This document shows, one piece after another, positions 53,926 to 64,000 of a stretch of 64,000 bases of DNA; within the stretch, counting starts at the first letter, position 1; each line of letters begins with the position of its first letter. Origin of the DNA: Paraspadella gotoi (Eukaryota; Animalia; Chaetognatha); assembly GCA_051294375.1 (NCBI GenBank), contig CM119264.1, forward strand, positions 30,818,091-30,882,090, given 5' to 3'. The notes below the pieces were generated by a model. The model worked only from the letters and a program-made list of their open reading frames with translations. It was not told the origin of the DNA and made no database searches. The position numbers and the translations under genes were made by a program.

Positions 53926-55199
53926 CTCGGGAAGCGGTGGGGGTGAGTTAAAGGGGAAACTGGTAGTTTTTGAAAGAAGTCGTATCCGAGGATGCTGTAG
54001 ACGGTTTTTAAGGGATTCAAAGTGTCGGTCAAAAGGCGGACGAATTATCTTTCAAAGGTTCGGCGTGGGCCGTTAAAAGGAGCGGTGTGCAGGATGGAGT
54101 CGTTTCAACAAACGGACGGTGTCCGGAATACGGGTGATTTAGTTTTGGACGGCGAAATGCACAGAAAGATTTCATATTAGAAATGCTCTCCCCTTTTTTT
54201 TGCGTATGGATATTACTAATAAGTAATAACCCATACAAGGATTTATTCCCATTTTCTATTGCCTTAAAAATTAGTTTAAGCAAAATATCAATTAATGTCG
54301 GTCCGAATATTTTTTTTTCGATCCGAGAATCAGTCGATTAAACGGGAGAGCATTTTTCTAAATGAAGCCTTTTTGTAAATTCCTTTAGTTTTTACGCAAC
54401 AGTTTCGCCGTTAATTTCGTTTTTCAATTAAATTGACGAATTTTTCGTCGGATGGAAAAAGCTTTTTTTTTAGTCGTTCCGTCTTAAAACATTTTTCTTT
54501 TATAGAAAATAAAAAAAAAATTGCAAAAACCAGCATTTTTTAAAAATCCGTGTATACAGAATTTGATGTGGAAAACCTCATTTAGATTAAACGAACGAGG
54601 GCTTTATTTTAGTCTTTATTTAGGCTTATTATTTAGTCAACTTCCTGAACCAGGATTTCCAACTACTCCAGGGCTCAATGAACCTTTTATTTATTTTAAA
54701 TTGAAAAATTGAAGAAAAAATTTTACGCGAATTTTTGAAGAATTTTTTTATTTTTTTATTTGGTTTTTTTTTTCTATCAAATGACTGTTTTCGGTTACAA
54801 ATCATTAGACATCAACAACAAAAAAGTCAAGAGAGATAGAGAGGGAACTTTGTTTGGGATTATGAGAGAGAGAGGAGAGAAAGAGAGGAGAGAGAAAGAA
54901 GGAGATGAGGTGATGAAAAAGGGATGGGGTGGGACAACAGGGATGGGAGGAAAGACGGAGAATAGTAGGAGGTAAAATGTGGAGAGTAAGGAGAGAGAAA
55001 TGAGAGAGAGAAAGAGGAACAATAAATCATAGAAAGAGATTAAAACGAGTTGAGACAGAGAGAAGAGACAAGAAATGTTTAAATAATATTAAAAGGAATA
55101 ATGTGAGAAACAATGTTAAAAATAAGCTAAATCTAAAAAAAAAAAAAACTGGAGAGGAAAAAGGTGAAAAAGTTGCAGAGTGAAACTCGGACATCTCTC

Positions 55200-55249
<50 letters not shown>

Positions 55250-57736
55250 GTTGACGCCCCGCCCCGTCAAAAGACAAAACCACCTAGTGTATCACAGTAG
55301 CGGACGAAAAGCCCAAGGGTCGTTCGCGATCGTTCGTCGTCTCGTCGTCCAATGCTGATTGCAGACTTCATCTCATAATAGACAATTTTCACAAGTAAAG
55401 CGACAGTGCAGGAATTAATCTTTTATCTTTCATTGATGATTTGAACAACCAGAAGCACCTCAATTGCCTAATTTATTATATAAATTTATTTAATGTTTTC
55501 TTTTTTTGTAATAATTTTCTAGGCGTCAAAGTGCTCGTCTTGCGACATCAATGGTTGTCTAAGCATCGTCGTCGTCGTTTCGTCGTCTTCATCTTAAAGA
55601 GCGAGATTTATTGGTGTGAGAAACGAAAAAACCGATTCGGACGCCTCAGGATTTGACAGGAAAATGTTGTTGTTGTCTTCATCTAAAAATAAGTTAACTC
55701 TTTATTGATTTTAAATATTAATTAATTTTTTATTATCGTAACAATTTGATTTACGGTAATTAGTTTTTTTTTTTCGCAAATTGAAGATTTTATACAAGAC
55801 ACAATGCGGTAGAAGAGAGAGACGATAGAAGAAAGAGAGAGAGAGATAGATGAGAGAGAGAGAGTTGGTTCTAAGCGCTCCTTTAAATTTATGTAGTTTC
55901 GTCATCACCGAACAATCTCATCTTGAGAAGAAAAAAGAAGATGGTTATAAGGGATGGTTTTGTTGGGGTGGGACGAGACGAGAGAGATGAGAGAGAGAGA
56001 CGAGAGAGAGAGAAGATGAGAGGAAGAGAGAGAGAGAGAGGAACAGAGAGCGGACATATTGAGAATAAGCGTTTGTCAACCGTAATTCTTTTTGCTGGAC
56101 ACAAAACAGCAAAAGAAAGTTAAAAAAATTAAAAGTAATATAGAAAGAAAAATGTTTTATTCCTAAAAAGAACCGTTAATAATTTATAACTGACTTTTTT
56201 TTGAAACTTAATTGACTATGTTTATGTCGAAAAGATAATTAAATACATAAGCTAACCTCCCACCCACGAATAAGCTGTTTGAAAATTTGGGAAAAGGAAA
56301 CGAATTATAAAATAATTGGAAAATATATTAAGATATAGAGAAAGAAAGAGAGAGAGAGAGAGAGATTTAATATAAAAGGCCCAAAGACAAAAAAAAAAAT
56401 AAAGCAGAATAAAGAGAGAGCCTGATATGAGAGTGACGAGATCCTGATAAAGAGAGAAGAACGGGACTTCCCAATCCACCAAAGACTCACGGTTGACCAA
56501 GAAGTCCGGCCAATCGGGGGAAAGTTGCCGGAAGCCCAAATGTCGTTTGAGCGGGTCGGGGCGTTGGGCGAGGCTGTCGGTCCGTGTCGGGGCCAAGTGG
56601 GGGGCAGAGTTGGCCGACTAGTCGCCGGGCGAGGACCTCGATCGATGCGGCGGTCTCTTCCCTTCTTCTCTCCTTCCCCCATCTGGAAGAAAGAAGACAT
56701 TTTGAGATGACTGACCGACAAATAGAATCAACTTTGATGATCGTACAGACCGACAAGCAATCATATTCGCTTTTTTCTGGAAATGGACTGACAAACCAAA
56801 AGACTGATAGAACACCAATAGACAGAATAATAGACAGTGCAATGACAGACAGACCAATGACAGACAGACCAATAAAAGACAGACCAAATAGACAAAGACG
56901 TCACGTTTGATTCGTCGAATCTAGACCGACGGACGACGAGCGGCAAATTGATTTCAAACAAATTCCAACGAATACTTATTTTTTTTCCCTCCGCTTTTGT
57001 ATCTTCCTTTTTTTTTCTTCTAGCTACAAATGGAAATGTCCAAAAAAAGATGGTTTTCTGTTCATTTCATTCCCTCCCCAGATTTTTCATTGTGTCATTT
57101 TAATGGGATGACAATATATTAAATAACGTATACATATGTAACATTGACGCCCACAAGTTTAAATCTCATGATCATAGTAGGGGTTAGCCCCCGCACTCAA
57201 TTGGGCGGTCCCGTCCAAAAATTTAGAGGCCAGAGGTCCCATTGGGCTCAAAACGAAATTTAATACTTTTAAGTATTATTTTTTTCAATTTGGGGAACAA
57301 AAATCTAAGTGTGCTCCCTCTTTCCGGGGGCAGTTGCTAACGGATTCTAATTCCACAACACTTTCAACCTCATAATATTTTCGCTTAATTTTAATTACTT
57401 TTTAATATTAGAAAAATTGGAAAAATTGCATTGATGAATTCCTTCCCAAAATTTTGACCACCTCATAATAAATAGAAGAAAGACTCATTTACAATATGTT
57501 GTGTTTTATTATCAATATTAAAAATACCAAACGGACCTTCAAAACCGACTATCATTAATTTATTTTAAATTTTACGGTTGCATAGATAATACTGTTACGA
57601 AATTGTTACAAACGAAAAAAAATCATACGTTAGTGTTCTCCCTGTGTTGCTTTCGTCTTAAAAATTCAATTTAAATTTGAAAATGACGAATCTAAAAAAT
57701 TAGAAAAATGCCAGATATTAGTAATTTAAAAAAGAA

Positions 57737-57985
57737 CCTGCGGCGATCGTCGTCAAGACGAACGTCCCTTATCAGGTGACCGATCTCCCCGTTCAGAACC
57801 AACGCTGTTGCAGCCAACAACTCTCTCGTCGGCCCTCCCGCTGTACGATGGCCCCGACAAGACCGTCTTCGGCTTGACGACGACGCCGTCTTCGCTTTAC
57901 CAAACTGGGGAATGTTGCTCCGCGTAGACGGGCAACACGGTCGTGGATTCCGTCGCCCACACCGACAATGATTTATGGAGTGTCG
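57737..57985 (-). CDS. Noisy exon of a probable Ig V-set domain
   Basis: Fragments across frameshifts read IIVGVG/ESTT.LP, W, PSYSGRA, LIRDVRLDD, ending at CAG|GT; matches the V-set L-I-x-x-V-x-x-x-D-x-G pattern. Confidence 0.4.
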
Positions 57986-58587
57986 CTGTTTTTGGCACCG
58001 CTCTCGGAGAATGGATTATGAAATCTATTTTATTCTCTCTGCGGCGAGCTAACAGGAAATACCATTTAGCAGATGGCTCGGGAGACCATTATCTGGAACA
58101 AATCTTAACGTGATCCTGCCGTTATGTCTTAACTGATTTGAGATTACCAATACAAAATATATGTGCATATCAGCCATCAATACTTATAAGCCGTNNNNNN
58201 NNNNNNNNNNNNNNNNNNNGAGAGGGGAATGGGAGCAGAGAGGGGAAGGGGAGCAGTTTGAAGATGGACGAGTGGGTTTAATAGGTTTAATAAGCGGTCG
58301 GAACATGAAATAAGGGGAAGAGGATAATCAGAGGGTAAGTTTATTGGTAAGGAGTTGCTGGGAAAGTTGTTGACCAAGAAAGGGGAAGTGGAGTTGTGGA
58401 GAAAGGATTAGTTTATATTATGTATGGTTAATTAATCAACTATTGAAAGAAACCGTTTTTGGTCATGGACCTGGAGTGAGTACCTTCTGTAGTCAAATTT
58501 TTAGTTAGCTTTTTATTGCTTATTTGTTTTCTTTGCCTTTTATTGTTTCGTCACTAATTTGTTTCCTTCCTCCCCCCATGTCGTCAG

Positions 58588-58766
58588 CTACGGCAACAGC
58601 ACCGATTCAGAGCTGGAAATGACCGCCTCAGGAAGTTCCGCAGGCGCTGCCGCAGCCGCCCTCCCCAGCGGCGTTTATTATCCTGGCGGATTGGAATCGA
58701 AACTCGACGTCAAACAAACAAAAGGCCAATTTAAGAGGAGAGACAACAAAGAAGACAAGACCGCAG
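58588..58766 (+). CDS. Exon of unknown protein (YGNSTDSELEMTASGSSAGAAAAALPSGVYYPGGLESKLDVKQ...)
   Basis: gtcAG acceptor, CAG|GTGAGG donor, open frame. Confidence 0.5.
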
Positions 58767-59639
58767 GTGAGGATTGAGTTCAAGGTAAGGGCGAGGGTAA
58801 TTAGAGAAAAGAGAGGAGGTAAGGTAGGGGGAGGATTTAAAGAAAGGTGGAGATGAGAGGCGAGAAAATCAGATGACGGTAAGGGAGAGAAGTTAAGAGA
58901 GAGAGAAGTAAAAAAAAATATGGAGATGAGAGGCGAGAAAATCAGGTGACGAGAAGGGAGAGAAGTTAAGAGAGAGAGATAAAAAAGAAAGGCAAGAGAA
59001 ATGGTAATGAAATATAGGGAGAGGCAGTGGTGCCCAGGTTCAATTCGCTTGTAGATATCGTTCCTTAGGAAAAGATGAGGAAGAGAAGTAAAGGAGAGAG
59101 GGGGCAAGATAGGATAAGGGTAGAAGAGAGGTTTCAATGAGAGGGGTAAAGAGGAGAAAGGTTAAATACCCGCGTTCGGTCGGGCGCAGATTAAAGGTGC
59201 GCTAGTCTCTGTGACCTATTTTTAGCCGATCGGCTTTTTAAGCCAATCGATTCTCGATGCAAAAATCTTTTTTTATTCCTTAAGAATTAACATCTGATTC
59301 ATTTCTCTTCTTTTTCTCTCCATTTTGTTAATATTTGTTAATTCTTTTATGCAACGAATTGATTTTTCCTTTTATCTTTCAGTTTTGTTCATTTCATCCT
59401 TCACTTATACTTTTCATTCATCCCTCCATTCATCCATTTCTTCAATCATTCATCCTTCATTCATTCATTCCTTGCATTCACTTCCGTCAATCGCGAAAAT
59501 CACAACCAATGATTAATGAGTCGAATGATAAAAGGCGAAATCTCATAACTCTATCGCCATTCCTTAGTTGTCAAACCGTTTAGATATTACTCTTTAAATA
59601 TTAATAAATATCTTTTCTTCGCTATTACGCCGAACCTTC

Positions 59640-62500
59640 TCCGCCCGCGTTTGACTTTTCTATAGAGTTCAAGGAAATAAAACCCATTTGTGCCAAAGAT
59701 GAATTGATTCCGTATTTTTTTTATGACTTCATCTTTTTTTCTCCATTTATTTCCCCATTTGATTCACAATTTCCCCAAATTTTCTTTCTCCCCATTTTCT
59801 GTTTTTTTCTTTCCTCATATTTCAATCTTTATTCCTTTTTCCTTTTGCTTTCTTTCCTTTTCTTTCCTCATATTTCAATCTTTATTCCTTTTTCCTTTTG
59901 CTTTCCTTCCTTTTCTTTCCTCCCTTTTCCTTTCCTCCCTTTTCCTTTCCTCCCGAGGGCGCCTTTCCTCCCCCCAAATTTGGACTTTCAGTTATTATAG
60001 TTTCTATCAATATAATTACAGCATCATTTTACACAGCAAATATTTCTTATGAATTGTTTTCTGTCTGTTAAGCCAATCGTGATCTCAACCTGACTGTCAT
60101 CTTTGAATGGGACATTTCAGAAGCGGACGATTCTGTTCGTTGGCGACTTTTTGTTGATTTTTGATTTCCGAGGGAGGAGGAATTTGGAGTCGGGCGGGCA
60201 TGGAGGGAGAATGCCTTGAGAGAGAGAGAGAGAGCAGAGAGAGAGAGAGGGGGAACGAGAGAATGACAAAAGGTTTAGTGCAATAAAACCAGAGTAGAAA
60301 ACGAATGAAAAGTTAGTCTCACCTTCCAATGTCATTTTCTTTTCTGCCCTTCACCTGAAGAGTTAAACAGCGACCCTTGTTTGCCTAGCGACCGCTTCCC
60401 GCTTGACCGCCTTCCTGACCAGGCGAGACGCCTGACTTTGACTTTTCGCGTTCGGACGACTTTTCGCTTGATTCATTGGGGACTTTGGGGACGCTGCCTG
60501 ACGACCTGAATAGGTTTGTACCCTGACTAACGAGTGGCCGTTGATATTTAGGCTTTAGTTTATATAACGTTTTACACTTTACATTAAAGTTATTATAAAA
60601 AACTTATATAACTATTATAACTTTTATAACGCTTATATTAAGGAATTTGTTGAATGAATTGAAAAGTTATAATTGAAAGTTTTAAGACATCAAACCTGAG
60701 ATCCATGAAGATTTCATCCTCGCGAAAGAGACTTCCACGCGGTTCAATTTCGGGATTTCGAGCTGTGTGAGGAAAGGAAAAGGGAGGAAAAGAAAATGGA
60801 GAAAGGAAAAAGGAGGAAAGGAAAAGTTATGAAGGAGGAGGAGGGAAAGGAAAGGGAGGAAAAGAAAGGGAGGAAAGGAAAAAGGGGAGGAAAGAAAAGG
60901 AGCAAAGAAGGAAAGAAAGGAAGGAGGAAAGGCAGAAAAGGAAATTAAGGAGGAAAGGAAAACGAGGAAAGGAAAAAGGAGGAAAGGAAAACTCGAGGAA
61001 GGAAAAGGAGGAAAGGAAAAGAGAAAAACCAGGAAGAAAGGGAAAAGGAGGGGAAGGAAAANNNNNNNNNNNNNNNNNNNNNNNNNCCTTTCATCCCTTT
61101 TCCTTTCCTCCCTTTTCCTTTCCTCCATTTTCCTTTCCTCCATTTTCCTTTCCTCCTTTTTCTTTTCCTCCCTTTTCCTTTCCTCCACAGCTCGAAAATC
61201 CGANNNNNNNNNNNNNNNNNNNNNNNNNNNNNNNNNNNNNNNNNNNNNNNNNNNNNNNNNNNNNNNNNNNNNNNNNNNNNNNNNNNNNNNNNNNNNNNNN
61301 NNNNNNNNNNNNNNNNNNNNNNNNNNNNNNNNNNNNNNNNNNNNNNNNNNNNNNNNNNNNNNNNNNNNNNNNNNNNNNNNNNNNNNNNNNNNNNNNNNNN
61401 NNNNNNNNTTTCATTTATACTTTTCATTCATTCAATCAATCCTTCAATATAAGCGTTATAAAGTTATATAGTTATATAAAGTTTTATAATAAACTTTATG
61501 TAAAGTTGTAAACGTTATTATAAACTTAAGCCTAAAATATCAACGGCCACTCGTTAGTCAGGGTACAAACCTATTTCAGGTCGTCAGGCAGGCGTTCCCC
61601 AAGTCCAAGAATCACGGCGAGGTCCGTCCGAACGCGCGAAAAGTCAAATCAGTGCGTGCTCGCTCTGGTCCAGGCGGGGGAGTCTAAGGACGTCTCAAGC
61701 GTCGACTATGGCAAACAAGAGGTCGCCGTGTGACTCTTCAGGCTAAGGGCAGAAAAGGAAAATGAAACATTGCGAAAGGGTGAGGGAGCTAGAGTCATAT
61801 TGTCAGATTCGTTGTGTGCTACGATCTGTTTATTGAGCGCGTCGTCCTTTTTGCTCCTCCTCGTGTCCTCTCTCTCCTCCCTGTCTCTCGTGTGATCTCT
61901 TTTCCCGTCTCTCTCGCGCAGGTATTATTGCTACCAGCCCGCCCAGACGTCTCAGCCAAATTTCCTCCTCCCCTCCTGCCGAATCAATCCAACAAAAAGT
62001 TCGCCAACGACACAGAAATCGTCCGCTTCTGAAAATGTCATTCAAAAGATGAGCAGGTTTCAGGTTCGAGGAGTCTCTTTGTATTGGTTTCTTAACAGTC
62101 GATTAATTACTAAGAGTGTCACAATAAGAAATATTTGCTGATTTGGATGTAAATGATACTCGAATAGAGATGATAATGATGAAGTGATAGAATAAGCATA
62201 TAAGTAACTGAAAGTCATCAAAATTTGTTTGAGGGGAGAAAAGCTGCCTCGCAGCGCCCATCGTAGCGATCATGAAGAGTCGAGAAGTACGAAGAGACAA
62301 GTCGCGAGAGAGGAAGAATATCTACATCTAGACGGAATCGGAGAAAGATAAGCGACAAGGGGCAGAAAAGACTATTGAGATGAATTGTGTGTATGGAAGA
62401 TGATTATTGTCTCTCGTCGCTCCGCATAAGAATGAGATATATTATAACTAAAATAATTTAAGATACTGGAAGTAGACTCTCTATAGGCGCTGCACGCGGA
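59640..62500. repeat. Second inverted duplication centred on the 25-N gap at 61062-61086
   Basis: For example, 60535-60680 is mirrored at 61409-61555; identity decays outward. Confidence 0.85.
60687..60764 (+). CDS. Candidate exon ((D)IKPEIHEDFILAKETSTRFNFGISS)
   Basis: AG...GT boundaries with an open frame in AT-rich surroundings. Confidence 0.35.
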
Positions 62501-63561
62501 GTTGAGTATACTAAACATAAAACTTATATTAGGATTATATTAGTAAACTTACAGACATGTTTTACATAAACTGACCATTTTACCACCGTTTCTACCACCG
62601 ACCTCTTGCCTCATCCCACGCCCTCTTTACCTTACCCCAACCGACTTCTTCCCCCCAAACCCCTTTCCCTCCCCCCTTCGAGCGAGAACCCCACCGGCTT
62701 TTGGTCCCGGGCCACTTGAGGCGAGGAGCCCAAACGCCTCTTTGCCAGCCTCTCTCGAGACCCGAGAGCATACAAACCCCCACCGGCTTTTCCGACGACG
62801 GCACGAAAACCCGCCGTATTCCATGCGCCCTACAACGCACCACCCCTGTGTTTCCCCCAACCCCCTTTACTCCTTCCTAGGCGGCGAGATTGGACACCAG
62901 AGACCGCAAAATCCTTCTCCACGCCTTCGTCGCCGGCGCCACCCGCGCCGCCATCGCGTGATCGCCTCAAAGTGACGTGGCCCTCGCGTACCATCATTGA
63001 ATCAAATAAGTCGGGCGTCAGTTAATGGCGTCATCGAGAACGGGTGTCAGTTAGATGGGTCATCAGAGGGGTCAGTTAACGGGGTCATCGAGGGGTGTCA
63101 TGTTTAACGGCCGGGAGGGAGCTGCAGAGATTGAGAGATGTCAATGAAGGTGTGGTCATTAATCGAAAAGGGTATTAACGAAATCGGGGTCATATAGATG
63201 GGTGATGGTGCAAGAACGAAGTCAAGTGCGTGTTTGAGAATTTTAAACAAATGTAATTTATTTATTCGCCAACTTATAGTCGAATTCAGGTTAGCTAAAC
63301 TGCTCTAGAAATAGTAAATATGTATTACGAGCGTTAAATAATTATAAAATCGGAATTATCTCAGAATTAAAGACTGCTTTTGAAATCGGTGCACCCACAG
63401 TTGGTTGCTAATGAGGAAGTGAAGTTCCTTGATCGGTGAAAAAATCAATGAGTGAGCGTTGTCAGTGTGAAGAAAAGGTCAAAAAGTTCACAGGGACCAA
63501 AAGTTCACTGGGTTCAAAAAGGTCGAAACGTTTAACTGAAGTTTTTCCTTCTTCGTTTCAG

Positions 63562-64000
63562 ACGCGGAAGAAGTTGAAGCCAAAAAATCGGAGGCGTCGC
63601 TCTACGCAAAGGTAAGGGGGTTGGGTGGGAAAGTGGGTTAGGATGTGGGTTAGGAAAGTGGGTTAAAAGTGTGTGAGGATGTGGCTGAGGAAATGGCCTA
63701 GGAAAGTGGGTTAAAAGTGGGTTAGGATGTGGCTGAGGAAATGGGTTAGGAAAGTGAGAGAAAGCGTTTAAATCATACTATTCTCAACAATACTCATTAT
63801 ATTTGTTATATTAGTTAAATATATTAATCATTATGAATTTACTTTTATTATATCAGAAATTAGAAGAGAGCGAAGATTTATTGGCCGCCATGACGACTTC
63901 TCATCACGAGACTGGCCATTCCGAATCCCACCATTCCGAATCCAAGACTCGCCATTCCGAAAAAACCTCGGATTTGATTCTCAAAATTCCTTTAAAGGAT
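63562..64000 (+). CDS. Exons 63562-63611 and 63857->64000 of an unknown protein (AEEVEAKKSEASLYAK|KLEESEDLLAAMTTSHHETGHSESHHSES...)
   Basis: Good acceptors, GTAAGG donor, in-phase join. Confidence 0.55.
63615..63760. repeat. G-rich 12-14-bp degenerate tandem repeat (gtgggttaggaaa) right after a donor
   Basis: Visible periodicity. Confidence 0.75.

Larger units (their letters stand above)
42693..57305. repeat. Giant inverted repeat: left arm ~42693-49590, right arm ~49730-57305
   Basis: Right arm is the reverse complement of the left arm. It is near-identical by the centre and increasingly indel-rich outward. Confidence 0.95.

Noticed and set aside
63615-63760. Interstitial telomere
   Set aside because: 12-14-bp degenerate units, not (TTAGGG)n or (TTAGG)n.

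Overview
AT-rich, microsatellite-rich eukaryotic (probably invertebrate animal) scaffold with spliceosomal introns, N-gaps and indel-rich, long-read-like segments. No prokaryotic features, CRISPR arrays or rRNA were seen. Genes that can be reconstructed: (1) a 12-exon minus-strand TTC26/IFT56 (dyf-13) intraflagellar-transport TPR gene at 28290-35197; (2) a 5-exon plus-strand gene for a secreted double-WAP protein with an acidic stalk and possible GPI tail at 45995-47930; (3) a multi-exon plus-strand low-complexity protein gene present twice (1-8.9 kb and ~12.8-24.8 kb); (4) several unassigned exons, including a noisy Ig V-set-like exon. A TTC26 intron holds a 657-bp miniature LTR element (TRIM) with PBS, PPT, 4-bp TSD and a tRNA-like segment inside each LTR. 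The first intron holds a hAT-like MITE. Several tandem arrays start exactly at splice sites or at the stop codon. Much of the large-scale structure (9-kb direct duplication, 14.6-kb and 2.9-kb fold-backs, four 25-N gaps) is most likely assembly or amplification artefact. All homology calls come from recalled family motifs, not database searches.
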